DNA of 64,000 nt from an uncultured Candidatus Saccharibacteria bacterium. Lineage in GTDB: Bacteria; Patescibacteriota; Minisyncoccia; Phycocordibacterales; Phycocordibacteraceae. Shown one piece after another: positions 18,384-28,450 of this stretch. Made by a program: the position numbers and the translations under genes. The stretch's first letter is position 1. Each line of letters starts with the position of its first letter. A model generated the notes under the pieces. It made no database searches. It was given only the letters and a program-made list of their open reading frames with translations, and was not told the origin of the DNA. Where the stretch lies: positions 1,626-65,625 of the forward strand of contig CAZJZB010000002.1 in assembly GCA_964550425.1 (NCBI GenBank), read 5' to 3'.

Positions 18384-19094
18384 TTATAGTGCCCCGAAGC
18401 GATATTTGAGCATCTCTATTATTGTAGGCACAATAACGCTCATTTTTGACCCAGAAGCAAGACCTTCAGTACGCGGCAAATGCGTGACAGGGAATTGTGC
18501 GACTTTAAACCCGGCCTTTTTCGTCTTAATGATCATTTCCGCATCAATAAAACAGCTCGAGCTCTTGATAGAGATATTCTCTAAAACGCGTCGTTTATAT
18601 ATCTTCATCGCACAATTGATATCGCGACACCGGATGAAAAATAAAAAGTAAATGAGTAAATTCCAGGCCTCAGATTGGACCTTGCGACGAAAGGAAACTG
18701 ATTTCTTCGTCGCATATCCACTTAAAACATCAGCGGTCTCGAGTAGGGTAAGGTAGGGTAAGAATTCTCGCACGTCATACTGATTGTCGCCATCGGTGTA
18801 CATTACATAATCATATTTCGCGGCAGCATATCCATCGCGGAGCGCAACTCCATAGCCCATGTTTTTAGCGTGATGTATCACCCGTACATTTGGGTATTTT
18901 TTTGCCAGCGCGTCCGCCACTTCTCCGGTCTTATCCGGACTGCCATCATGAACGATAATAATCTCGTACACGTCGGTTATTTCTTTTAAAAATTCGCTCA
19001 CGTGTGGCACCAGAACCGGCAGATTTTTTTCATCGTTATACGCCGGGCAGAAAAACGACACTGAACTTAATCTATATAGAGACTGCTCTTCCAT
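18384..19094 (-). CDS. GT2 polyprenol-phosphate glycosyltransferase (DPM1/GtrB-like)
   Basis: PAYNDE, DGSPD, NMGYG, TDGDNQY, DINCAMK. Confidence 0.9.
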   Translation of the reverse strand: MEEQSLYRLSSVSFFCPAYNDEKNLPVLVPHVSEFLKEITDVYEIIIVHDGSPDKTGEVADALAKKYPNVRVIHHAKNMGYGVALRDGYAAAKYDYVMYTDGDNQYDVREFLPYLTLLETADVLSGYATKKSVSFRRKVQSEAWNLLIYFLFFIRCRDINCAMKIYKRRVLENISIKSSSCFIDAEMIIKTKKAGFKVAQFPVTHLPRTEGLASGSKMSVIVPTIIEMLKYRFGAL

Positions 19095-19095
19095 A

Positions 19096-19854
19096 TTATT
19101 TTTTTATCGTCGTTGACGGAGAATCCCGCCAATATTCTCCAGCCTGTATCTGTATTGTTGCCATCGTTTCTTTCTCCATTGTTTCCTTCCACGTGGGTAA
19201 CTGTCGTGCCGCATCTATGACTTTCTTATAATGCGGATTAGCCACGAGAAGAACCTCTTCTGCAGAGACGAACGCAATATATACCGACTGCATTTCTTTG
19301 AATTTTTTTAATGCTTCTTGCACTTCCGGTTTTTCTGAGTATCCATTAGGATCGTGTAAGTCATTGATATGCGCAAGCATCGCTTGTGCTCTCGGGATAT
19401 GAAATTCATTAGCGATTACCACTGTATTATGCCAATCGTTTTGTACGATCAGTTTGATAAGTTCGATAAGTTCAGTGAAGGTAGAGTAGGATTCTTCTTG
19501 AATAATTATCTTTTCTTGTTGAACCCCCCTGTTTTGTAGTTCTTGTGCGGTAACACGCGCCATACTGGCAGGCATCTGTGGTATCAAGCTATTAGCGACT
19601 ACCGACGAGTTAGGAAAAAAACGATGCAGTTCTGCCGCGGCGATACTCCTGGCCTTCGCCCCACCAACCATCCCGTGTAGATCGGTATCCCCGTAGCCCA
19701 ACGATTTAAATTCGCCGGTGGCTTTATTTTCGACTACGCCACGAGCCAAGATAAATAGCACGTCTGGTTTACCCCCGCAGAGCTGTTCATAGATTCGTCT
19801 TTTCTCAGACTCTAATGCAGAAACATCGGGATTCGGAATATGCTCTCTGACCAT
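19096..19854 (-). CDS. DUF218/YdcF (ElyC-like) protein
   Basis: RGVQQEKIIIQEESYSTFTE..VIANEFHIPRA. Confidence 0.7.
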   Translation of the reverse strand: MVREHIPNPDVSALESEKRRIYEQLCGGKPDVLFILARGVVENKATGEFKSLGYGDTDLHGMVGGAKARSIAAAELHRFFPNSSVVANSLIPQMPASMARVTAQELQNRGVQQEKIIIQEESYSTFTELIELIKLIVQNDWHNTVVIANEFHIPRAQAMLAHINDLHDPNGYSEKPEVQEALKKFKEMQSVYIAFVSAEEVLLVANPHYKKVIDAARQLPTWKETMEKETMATIQIQAGEYWRDSPSTTIKK

Positions 19855-19916
19855 GTGTGCATTATTGTAGGTCTTGTTTTGTACTACGTCAAATCTGCTA
19901 TGATACTTTTATATCT

Positions 19917-21704
19917 ATGTTCAGGATAAAAGAATTTCTCCGGCAACACCGTCCCGCTGCAGTGCTTGTGGCGATTACGCTGATACTCACGACCATTCCA
20001 GTTCTTGATATATTTCTTGTCCTCGGTAACACCTGGCAGGGCATTACGCCTACGTTCGGCGACGAAACTTTTTATCTGGCGCGCGTACAGACAATAGTAA
20101 AAGGACATATCACTGCAGGCAATCCGTATTTTATGGAACACAGTGATGGTCCGCCACTGGTCATCTTTGCTGGCGTCTGGCTCAACGCTCTACCGCAGCT
20201 AGCGGGGTTCTCACTCAATGTATCGCTTCTCATCAACTTCGTTCTGTGGAGCTTAGTATTTGTCGCATCGCTCTACTGGCTTTTTCGAGAGTTACGGGTG
20301 CCTCCTTGGATAGCAGTGTTCGGTACGATGTTCCTCTATATACAGTCGTATTGGCACGTCTGGCGACCGGTTAATCTCCAGACGGTATACCCCCTTTATT
20401 TTCTATTCTATCTAACGCTTCTACGCCTTATTCGTGAACAGAGCCGCAAGAACATTATCCTCGTTGGTCTCACGACCGGTTCGACCTTCTACCTCTTCGC
20501 CTATCTATGGCAAACGATCGTCATCACGCTCGGTCTCCTCTTCTTATATGCACTCGCCAGAAAGGATTGGCCGCTCCTGAAGGCCACACTCCTCTCCTCA
20601 TGTATTGGAGGTGTCATTGGGCTTCCTGTCCCGCTTTACGCACTTTGGCTCTCTCATACCTCGCCATATTTCTGGGAAAGTGTCGGTCGTCTTGGACTCG
20701 TCAATACACATTTACCAATGGCTGAAGTCATTTATTCGGGTGGATGGATCGGCGCCGTACTCGCACTACTGGCGATTCTCTTTTGGCGTACCCGCGCTCT
20801 ACGCGAAGACAAAGAATTCATATTTCTCAGTCTGTTCCTCACACTGAGCGGGTTCGGTCTCTGGATTATGCAGGGGAGCAATCTCATCACGGGAAAATTA
20901 TTGGAGACCGGTGAGCACGTTCGTTTATTAATCCAACCATGGCTTGTATTTTCCACCATCAGCATTGGAGTATTTCTCTGGAAGCAGCGTACGCACATAT
21001 CAAAAGAACTTCGAACACTTTCAGTTATTGTGATCGCTCTGTTGTCAGCCGTGAGTGTGCAGTACGCCTATCAACGCTTCTCCCCGTTTCTTATTACACA
21101 AGTGGATCGCGGAGCATGGCAAACTGCACAGCTCTATGCGAAACCCTTTGCATGGCTCCAGAATGCAGAAAAGGATCCTGTTGTCGTATGGAGTAACCCC
21201 GAAAACTATCTAACAACCTATCTACCCATATTTACGAAACACCTCACGCTCTATACGTGGCCCGGAATGATGGAACTGGTGCCCGAGGGTGAAATTCATG
21301 AGCGGTATCTCATTGCTCACTATTTTAATAATCCGACCACGGCAGACCTCAGGAATGATCTAGCCAGGTACGTTGGGCGGCAAGACGCTGCTCATGCGGC
21401 AAAGACCATTGAGCGTAAAATAAAAATATGCCGAGTACTTTTCTTTTTCGAAAAGAACAAAAACTGCGGGATCATACCAACGCCCCAGAGTTTGCTCGGT
21501 GACCAGTTTTTTACTGACCTTGAGAAAAAGTTCCAAACGGATATAAAACTCAATATTAAAGCGTATCTCAAGAAATATCACGTCTCATATATTCTTAAAG
21601 ATAAGGTGCTGGACCCAGAGTATCATCCAGAGAAACTAGGAGCAGTATTGGTATACACTGATGATCGCTATGAAATCTACCACCTCTTGTATGACCACAA
21701 ATAA
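19917..21704 (+). CDS. Polytopic membrane protein, GT-C-like glycosyltransferase candidate
   Basis: GDETFY acidic motif after TM1, many TMs, C-terminal KKYHVSYIL..VYTDDRYEIY. Confidence 0.55.
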   Translation: MFRIKEFLRQHRPAAVLVAITLILTTIPVLDIFLVLGNTWQGITPTFGDETFYLARVQTIVKGHITAGNPYFMEHSDGPPLVIFAGVWLNALPQLAGFSLNVSLLINFVLWSLVFVASLYWLFRELRVPPWIAVFGTMFLYIQSYWHVWRPVNLQTVYPLYFLFYLTLLRLIREQSRKNIILVGLTTGSTFYLFAYLWQTIVITLGLLFLYALARKDWPLLKATLLSSCIGGVIGLPVPLYALWLSHTSPYFWESVGRLGLVNTHLPMAEVIYSGGWIGAVLALLAILFWRTRALREDKEFIFLSLFLTLSGFGLWIMQGSNLITGKLLETGEHVRLLIQPWLVFSTISIGVFLWKQRTHISKELRTLSVIVIALLSAVSVQYAYQRFSPFLITQVDRGAWQTAQLYAKPFAWLQNAEKDPVVVWSNPENYLTTYLPIFTKHLTLYTWPGMMELVPEGEIHERYLIAHYFNNPTTADLRNDLARYVGRQDAAHAAKTIERKIKICRVLFFFEKNKNCGIIPTPQSLLGDQFFTDLEKKFQTDIKLNIKAYLKKYHVSYILKDKVLDPEYHPEKLGAVLVYTDDRYEIYHLLYDHK

Positions 21705-22569
21705 GTCAGCACCAGAAGGGAAACGTAGTACCTCCGAACACGGAGAAGATGCGGTTATCGAATGGATCTTCGGCGTTATCGGCGAAGGTGCGAAATGGTG
21801 TGTTGATCTAGGTGCACTGAACGGCACACACGGTAGCAACGTGTGGCGACTCATCAAAGAGTGTGGTTGGTCAGCGGTGCTGATCGAAGCCGACAAGACG
21901 TACTTTGAAAAACTTGAAAAGGAATTTGCCGATACCGACCGAGTTCACTGTATAAACGCTTTCGTATCTTTCGAGGGAGAACAATCGCTCGATGTCGTTT
22001 TTGCCCGTACACTCCTGCCGCAGTCGTTCGATTTATTTTCTCTTGATATCGATGGGAATGAATATCATGTATGGGATTCTCTGACCACCTATCGCCCACG
22101 AGTTATGTTGATCGAGTTTAATCCAACCATTCCGAACGAAGTGGTATTTATTCAACCACGTGATATGAAAGTTTTTCAGGGGTCTTCGCTTCGCGCCCTC
22201 ATTGCATTGGGGAAGCATAAGGGGTACGAACTGGTCGCCACGAACGACGTAAATGCCTTTTTTGTGCTCAAAGAATTATTTCCATTGTTTGCCATTGCTG
22301 ACAATTCAATTGATGCGCTCCATACCACCCACGAGTATGAGACAAAACTTTTTCAACTCTATGATGGGACGCTCCGCATTTCCGGCTATGATTGTCTCTT
22401 GTGGCACCACATCCCTCTTGATGTTGAAAAGATGCAAGTCCTGCCACCAAACGGTCGTCGTTACCCAGCTCATATCGACGAGAGCGAAAGTATGCGCACG
22501 TTCAAATATTGGGTGAGGAAATTTCCACTTTATCCGTTTCTTCAACGTATGCGTAAGTTGTTAAAGTAG
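21691..22569 (+). CDS. FkbM-like methyltransferase
   Basis: SEHGEDAVI, VDLGALNG..SN, SLDIDGNEY. Confidence 0.75.
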   Translation: MTTNKSAPEGKRSTSEHGEDAVIEWIFGVIGEGAKWCVDLGALNGTHGSNVWRLIKECGWSAVLIEADKTYFEKLEKEFADTDRVHCINAFVSFEGEQSLDVVFARTLLPQSFDLFSLDIDGNEYHVWDSLTTYRPRVMLIEFNPTIPNEVVFIQPRDMKVFQGSSLRALIALGKHKGYELVATNDVNAFFVLKELFPLFAIADNSIDALHTTHEYETKLFQLYDGTLRISGYDCLLWHHIPLDVEKMQVLPPNGRRYPAHIDESESMRTFKYWVRKFPLYPFLQRMRKLLK

Positions 22570-22643
22570 TAAGGGGAAGTAAGTTACTGTGGTATTTCTC
22601 TGGAGCACCTTTTAGTACGATCGCCGGGTTATAGTGAGTACCC

Positions 22644-23807
22644 ATGAAGCTTGTTTGCATCTCCCACTGGCGATTCCCGTCCGAGAAGACCATGGCCCCT
22701 TATATGATGAGGGTTTTGGAGTCGCTCGCCCGCGAAGGAATTGATGTGGAACTTTGGGCACCCCGCCGACAAAACCCGTCCGAGTTCACGCATACCGATC
22801 CTTTTGACTACCATCTCATTGAACGCAATTTCAAGATACGAAAATTGCCGGTGATAGATATTATGCCTTTGTCGGCGGGGAAGTTCGGATTCCTCCTCAT
22901 GCTCGGAACGTTCGTGGTATCGGTCTTCTTCAAGATGCTGTTCATGCGCGGGCGCAAAGATGCAATATTTTATTTCTTTGATCTCAGGGATGCATTCACG
23001 GCTCATTGGCTGAGCGATAACACTTTCTCAGAGGTACACATGTACTACAAGAGCGGTCTTGACTTTATCAATCGGCGCGGTTTTAAAAAACTGAGAGGCA
23101 TCATCGCGGCCACAAAACCCTTACAGACAGAGATCATGCGGGAATACGCTGTGCCGGAGGAAAAAATTCTCTATGCACCCTGCGGCGTGAATTTTGAACG
23201 ATTTGGTATTGATACGTCTCGGGTAGAGGCACGCACTAAGCTCGGTCTCCCGCAGGACAAGAAAATCGTGCTCTATGTCGGACATCTTTTCCCGGTCAAG
23301 GGCGTCAATGTTCTCTTTGACACCCATCAATATCTCGCGGCGAACGAGGTTATTTATTTTGTCGGTGGCACTGACGAAGATATAGATCATTTCAAGCAGA
23401 AATGGAAGAAGGCAGGATCGCCCCCAAACATCGTTATCGTGGGCCGAAAACCGCACGGAGACATTCCGCTATGGCTACGCGCGGCGGATGTTTTGAGCAT
23501 TCCCAATACCGCCAAAGATGCTGCCGGTGCAATCGAATCGTCACCCTCAAAACTCATTGAATACATGGCTTCCGGAGTGCCGATAGTCGCCTCGGACGTG
23601 CCGGGTATTCGCGACGTACTCGAGAGCAATATGGGATTTTTCTGCGCGCCAGACAGTCCAGAAGCTCTTAACCGTACCATACGTGAAGTTCTAATAGTCC
23701 CAAAAGAAGCAGAGCGTCGAGCAGCTGTCGCACGAGTTGCCGCACGCGGTCTTGGGTGGGATGCGCGCACACAGAAGATAAAAAAGTTTATAGAGAGTAC
23801 GATATAA
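22644..23807 (+). CDS. Glycosyltransferase family 4
   Basis: YVGHLFPVKG, SPSKLIEYMASG. Confidence 0.9.
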   Translation: MKLVCISHWRFPSEKTMAPYMMRVLESLAREGIDVELWAPRRQNPSEFTHTDPFDYHLIERNFKIRKLPVIDIMPLSAGKFGFLLMLGTFVVSVFFKMLFMRGRKDAIFYFFDLRDAFTAHWLSDNTFSEVHMYYKSGLDFINRRGFKKLRGIIAATKPLQTEIMREYAVPEEKILYAPCGVNFERFGIDTSRVEARTKLGLPQDKKIVLYVGHLFPVKGVNVLFDTHQYLAANEVIYFVGGTDEDIDHFKQKWKKAGSPPNIVIVGRKPHGDIPLWLRAADVLSIPNTAKDAAGAIESSPSKLIEYMASGVPIVASDVPGIRDVLESNMGFFCAPDSPEALNRTIREVLIVPKEAERRAAVARVAARGLGWDARTQKIKKFIESTI

Positions 23808-23819
23808 CAGAGGCGCCTT

Positions 23820-24467
23820 ATGTCCTTCCTTAAAAAAATCGTTCCAGTATCAGTGCATTACACTTTTTCAAATCTAAAGCGTAAGGTGTTTGGGTATACC
23901 GAGTATGCTCAGTTTGGGGAGGATGTGGTACTCGCAGAATTTTTTGAAGATACTCCGCACGGGATATATGTTGATGTCGGAGCACACCACCCCTATCGCT
24001 ATTCAAATACGTACCTGCTCTATAAAAAGGGTTGGCACGGAGTGAATATCGATCCCAATCCGCACACCATTGTACTCTTCAATAAAGCGCGCCCCGCCGA
24101 TACAAACATTTGCACTGGGGTCGGTCGCACAGGGACACTTACGTATTATCAATTCTCTGATCCGGCAGTGAACACGTTTAAAAAAGAAGAAGCGGAGAAG
24201 TGGAAGAAAAAGTCGTTTCTCAAATTTCTCGGGACGACTGATGTCGAGATTAAGCCGCTCTCAGTATTGGTCCACGGGCCGATAGACCTTCTTACCATTG
24301 ACGCCGAAGGAATGGATCTGGAAGTTCTTCAATCATATGACTGGGAGCACTACCCGAAGGCGATTGTGATAGAGGGAGACGAGGCGAAACAATTTCTCCT
24401 CCAGAAGGGTTATATGCTGTATGCGGAACGTGGTGCCTCGCGCGTCTATATGAAACTTAGAAAGTAA
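23820..24467 (+). CDS. FkbM-family methyltransferase
   Basis: QFGED, YVDVGAHHP..SNT, IDAEGMD. Confidence 0.9.
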   Translation: MSFLKKIVPVSVHYTFSNLKRKVFGYTEYAQFGEDVVLAEFFEDTPHGIYVDVGAHHPYRYSNTYLLYKKGWHGVNIDPNPHTIVLFNKARPADTNICTGVGRTGTLTYYQFSDPAVNTFKKEEAEKWKKKSFLKFLGTTDVEIKPLSVLVHGPIDLLTIDAEGMDLEVLQSYDWEHYPKAIVIEGDEAKQFLLQKGYMLYAERGASRVYMKLRK

Positions 24468-24474
24468 TAGGCCT

Positions 24475-24870
24475 TTATTCTTGTTCAACGAGGGTATGAA
24501 GTGGTACCTCAAGACGAAAAGTATCTTTCTCATATTCATCTCCACCTCGCAATCCATCGATAAAGGTAATCCATAATGAGTCCTCAAGAGCAACAAACTC
24601 ATGCACTTCTCCCGGCTCGAACGTCAAAAGATCATAGGGTTGCCATAACGTTTTTACTATAGGTCCCTCATTATTTTTTCGAGAATACACGTCAAACTTT
24701 CCTTGTATTAAAAAATCATGCTGCCGGGACACGTTGTGGTAATGGTTGCCGCGTACACCACCTTTTTTGGTAAAGATGATGGTGCAATGTTCCTTGGGCT
24801 CTTTGACGAAGATGTCAGTGATGGTGCCGCGTGCATCTTCAAAATTAATGTTCTTGTGTTCAAGTTGCAT
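24475..24870 (-). CDS. Cupin, NDP-sugar isomerase (WxcM/FdtA-like)
   Basis: FEDARG, RGNHYH, PGEVH. Confidence 0.75.
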   Translation of the reverse strand: MQLEHKNINFEDARGTITDIFVKEPKEHCTIIFTKKGGVRGNHYHNVSRQHDFLIQGKFDVYSRKNNEGPIVKTLWQPYDLLTFEPGEVHEFVALEDSLWITFIDGLRGGDEYEKDTFRLEVPLHTLVEQE

Positions 24871-24880
24871 GTGGATGCCA

Positions 24881-26089
24881 TTATTGCATATGCGGGGTGA
24901 TAAATGAAATCTGGGGGTATTTTGGAGCGAGCTTACCTTTCAGAAACTCGGCAATATTCCACGGCAAGATGAGAGCATGTGTCACTGCACTAGTGATAGC
25001 TTCATCCGGCAAAATGGGGATATGCGAGCCGGGAGTATATTTGCCAATTTTAAGTGGCGAGGCGTCGGTAATGAAATCGAGCAGCGTTGAATCTATCCCG
25101 CAATAATTGAGAAGGGTGTTCCCCTTCGCTGGAGCGCCTATGCCAATAATGGTGCCCCCTCCGAGACGTACATCAAAGAGCTGCTTCACAAGAGCGTATT
25201 TAAATTGCCGCATGCGCGTAGATAGGCCGGTGTAGGTAGCGAGATCGTATAAATGTGCAGTATTTTCTCGCTCAATATTTTTCTCCACCACAGGAGATAG
25301 CTCCGTACCAAATCGTACATAGAGCCGCATCGAGCCGCCCATGTAATCGTTCTCAAGAATATCGGTAATCACCATACCAAACTTTTTGAAGTATTGGACG
25401 AGTGGCTTGATGGAAAAATATGACACATGTTCAAGATAGATCGTATCGAATGCCAACTTCTGTACGAGATGCAGTAAGTAGGGCGCTTCAATCACAAACG
25501 CTCCATCCGGGGCAAGCGTTGCAACAATATTGCGCATAAAGTCATCGAGGTCGCTAATGTGATTGAACGCGTTGGTTATAGTGATCGCTTTTGCCTTTCC
25601 AACTTTCAACACTTCTGCGGCCGCAGCATCGTTCCAAAAGTCATGAATAGTCGGGACATTGTTCTTGTCGGCGAGAAGAGCGATGTTATGTGCGGGCTCT
25701 ACTCCCAAAATATTCGCTCCAGTTCGATCTTTAAAAGCTTGCAGTAGTGTTCCAACCGAGCTCCCGATGTCGACTACCAAGTCGCCTCCGGTAATTCCAA
25801 CTCGCTCTGCAACGTCTCCTGCCATCTCTTTGAAATGTTCTATGGAAACTTTCGAATTACTTGAATCGTAACTGTAGTCGTGATCCTGGTACCGTGCCGT
25901 GGGCGGGACAACAAAAGAGTTCATCGCGTGGCCACAGCTCTGACACATGAGTACTTGGAGCGGGTAGGTTGCCTCAGGCAGGAGCAATTCTTCTTTTTTG
26001 AGAAAGGAGTCCGCAAGCGGGTGGAATCCGAGATCAAGGATGATCCTGAGGTCGCTTGAATTGCAAAGCGCGCAAGAAATGACGAGCAT
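24881..26089 (-). CDS. NDP-sugar C-methyltransferase (Zn-binding N-terminus, class I SAM)
   Basis: CxxC..LDLG.HPLAD, DIGSSVG, FDTIYLEH, GAPAKGNTLLN. Confidence 0.88.
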   Translation of the reverse strand: MLVISCALCNSSDLRIILDLGFHPLADSFLKKEELLLPEATYPLQVLMCQSCGHAMNSFVVPPTARYQDHDYSYDSSNSKVSIEHFKEMAGDVAERVGITGGDLVVDIGSSVGTLLQAFKDRTGANILGVEPAHNIALLADKNNVPTIHDFWNDAAAAEVLKVGKAKAITITNAFNHISDLDDFMRNIVATLAPDGAFVIEAPYLLHLVQKLAFDTIYLEHVSYFSIKPLVQYFKKFGMVITDILENDYMGGSMRLYVRFGTELSPVVEKNIERENTAHLYDLATYTGLSTRMRQFKYALVKQLFDVRLGGGTIIGIGAPAKGNTLLNYCGIDSTLLDFITDASPLKIGKYTPGSHIPILPDEAITSAVTHALILPWNIAEFLKGKLAPKYPQISFITPHMQ

Positions 26090-26131
26090 GATATGCCTAG
26101 TATATAGCGTCTCACTTTTCACTCATAGAGC

Positions 26132-26160
26132 TTGCATTTTATATAATAGTGTGATATAGT
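26132..26160 (+). promoter_or_regulatory. Sigma70-type promoter for the NUDIX gene
   Basis: TTGCAT-17 nt-TATAGT with a TG extension. Confidence 0.6.
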
Positions 26161-26229
26161 ATAAATCGGTGGTATTTGGGGATTTCCCTCGGTACCGTGG
26201 TCTTTTAACGCTCTAGAAGGGAGGTGCCA

Positions 26230-27144
26230 ATGAGCAATCAAAAGTTCTTTAAAATCCTGGCCGAGGGTACATTCATTCCCGAGCAGATCGACACCGAAAT
26301 CACAGTGTCGGGAATAACGATGGTGCGAAACAGTCAATCAGACGCCTTTATCGAGGGCGGATGGGAGATGCATCTGGCGAAGGGTAACAAACCCTGGCCG
26401 AACGACACTAAACCTGGACGCTATCGCACGGCCAACGTCGAGGTACAGGACAACCGACTCAAGCTCACCCTTGATCCCTGTGTTTCGTACAAGGATTTCC
26501 TAGCTTCCTTGTCGACAGTGTTCGAGGAGTATTATGGTCATGATGCCGTGCCCGATCCACTGGCGATCTCAGTGCTACTCCGCACCGCCGACAACCAGAC
26601 GTTACTGACGGTTCGGGATCAGAAGACCGATTACAAGCCCGGCGGCTGGCATGCCTCGACCGGCGGCTTCATGGAGATCAAGCGTAACGAGTCCCCGGTG
26701 GAGGCTGGCCTGCGCGAGCTCGAAGAAGAAACTGGCGTCCAACCAGGTGAACTGGACGGGCTCGTAGCTATCGGTGTGGTTTACAACCCGTGGACACTCC
26801 ATACCGACCTCATCCTCTCGGCCAAAACCCGGTTCACCGCAGCAGAGGTACTGGAGCGTAAGCACGACGACGAGAACGAACTTCTCTTCGTCGACACGAC
26901 TGCCGAGTCGTACGAGCACTGGATCGTCGGTGGCATGCACGCCAACGTGATCATTGCGATGGCGGCTCTGATAATGGTTGGTACGGACCTCTTCGGTCTG
27001 GAGTGGCGAGAAAAGATGCTCGACGCGCTCGCCGAGGGCAGCCGTAACTACGATTCGCTCGAAGTCCGGCAAAAGCTCGAGAAGCGCGACCTTACCAACT
27101 TTGCCAAAATGGTTGCCGACTATCGCAAAAAAAAAACAGCCTGA
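26230..27144 (+). CDS. NUDIX hydrolase, NUDT22-like (nucleotide-sugar hydrolase candidate)
   Basis: Nudix box GFMEIKRNESPVEAGLRELEEETG; SYKDFL..DPLAISVLLRTADN; SD AGGGAGG before ATG 26230. Confidence 0.8.
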   Translation: MSNQKFFKILAEGTFIPEQIDTEITVSGITMVRNSQSDAFIEGGWEMHLAKGNKPWPNDTKPGRYRTANVEVQDNRLKLTLDPCVSYKDFLASLSTVFEEYYGHDAVPDPLAISVLLRTADNQTLLTVRDQKTDYKPGGWHASTGGFMEIKRNESPVEAGLRELEEETGVQPGELDGLVAIGVVYNPWTLHTDLILSAKTRFTAAEVLERKHDDENELLFVDTTAESYEHWIVGGMHANVIIAMAALIMVGTDLFGLEWREKMLDALAEGSRNYDSLEVRQKLEKRDLTNFAKMVADYRKKKTA

Positions 27145-27161
27145 CGTAGACAGCATGGCTT

Positions 27162-27195
27162 GCTGCCTCATCCCCGAGTGGGTGAGGCAGCTTTT
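27162..27195 (+). terminator. Intrinsic terminator
   Basis: GCTGCCTCATCC/GGGTGAGGCAGC stem followed by TTTT. Confidence 0.8.
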
Positions 27196-27215
27196 ATTTA
27201 TAGTAGTATAGATTC

Positions 27216-27845
27216 ATGCAAATTCTTCTTACTGGTGCAGGGGGCGGGATCGGGAGCGCCACAAAAGCGGCACTTGAGGCGGCCGGAGCGCATGTTATCG
27301 CCGTAGATCGGCAGGATGCCGACTTGGCCTCGTATGAGGAGATGAAGGCGCTCTCCGAGCGAGTTGCCAAAGACGTGTCGCTCGACTGGCTCGTGTTTGC
27401 GCATGGGTTTATCAGCGCCGAGACAGAATTCGAGAAGCAAAAACCAGAAGAAATAAAATTAACCTTCGACCTCAACATCCTTTCAGTCATGTATCTTACG
27501 CAACTCCTTCTCCCCTCTTTGCGGCCAGGGGGCGGCGTTATTTTTATCTCCTCGAGTGCAGGGCTTAACCCCAATGGGAAATATGCCGCCTACTCGGCGT
27601 CGAAAGCGGCGGTAAACGCTTTTGCCAAAGCGCTCGCACGCAACAAAACAGGATATATGTTCTTGAGTGTGTGTCCCGGCCCTACTAACACTGCCATGCG
27701 TCTAAAAATCGGTGAAGACCCTCGGGCAGCACAATCGCCCGCTGTAGTCGCTCATCTCATCACACAATTAGTTTTTGGCACGGGCGAGTACCACAGTGGA
27801 GATGTTATCGTCGTACGCGACGGGAAGATATCGGTCGAATCCTGA
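27216..27845 (+). CDS. Short-chain dehydrogenase/reductase
   Basis: TGAGGGIG, ISSSAG, YSASK. Confidence 0.9.
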   Translation: MQILLTGAGGGIGSATKAALEAAGAHVIAVDRQDADLASYEEMKALSERVAKDVSLDWLVFAHGFISAETEFEKQKPEEIKLTFDLNILSVMYLTQLLLPSLRPGGGVIFISSSAGLNPNGKYAAYSASKAAVNAFAKALARNKTGYMFLSVCPGPTNTAMRLKIGEDPRAAQSPAVVAHLITQLVFGTGEYHSGDVIVVRDGKISVES

Positions 27846-27901
27846 TCAGGGTAACCGTGCATGTACTTGAGAATATGTGGTTGGCGATATAGAGTAGTCG
27901 C

Positions 27902-28429
27902 ATGCTTAGAAGCCGAACCGAAAACGCGATTGTGAGCATTAAGGATCTGCCGCGTCTGCGCAAAAAGTACCGCAATAAGCGTATAGTATTTTGCACGGGA
28001 TGTTTTGATCTAACACATCCGGGGCATGTGTTATTTTTTGAAGAATGCAAGAAGCAAGGAGACCTGCTCGTGGTCTGCGTCAGTGACGACGCCTTGGTGC
28101 GCAAGTATAAGAAGGGCAGACCGATACAGAATGAACATGTACGACTTAGGATGGTGGCCTCTCTCAAACCGGTAGACTATTGTTTTCTCCAACCCAAGAC
28201 ATCGTTTACATCGCTTGAGCAGATAAACGACTGGATAGGCGACATGTTTGCAAAGCTGAAGCCAGACGTGTATGTCATCAATGACGATGCAAACGGGGTT
28301 CCTCGCAGGAAACAAATGATGAAGGAGCATCCGGACGTGAAAATGCGGATTTTAAAACGCACGGCACCCAAAGAATTTGAAAAAATATCAACCTCGGGTA
28401 TTATCGAAAAAATACGCAAAATACCCTAA
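27902..28429 (+). CDS. Cytidylyltransferase, TagD/RfaE-like
   Basis: GCFDLTHPGH, RPIQNE..R, ISTS. Confidence 0.85.
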   Translation: MLRSRTENAIVSIKDLPRLRKKYRNKRIVFCTGCFDLTHPGHVLFFEECKKQGDLLVVCVSDDALVRKYKKGRPIQNEHVRLRMVASLKPVDYCFLQPKTSFTSLEQINDWIGDMFAKLKPDVYVINDDANGVPRRKQMMKEHPDVKMRILKRTAPKEFEKISTSGIIEKIRKIP

Positions 28430-28450
28430 ATGTAAGGCCTTTTCCAAAAA

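Noticed and set aside
27127-27136. A10 tract as a phase-variation switch
   Set aside because: It lies in the last codons of the gene, so slippage would change only the extreme C-terminus.
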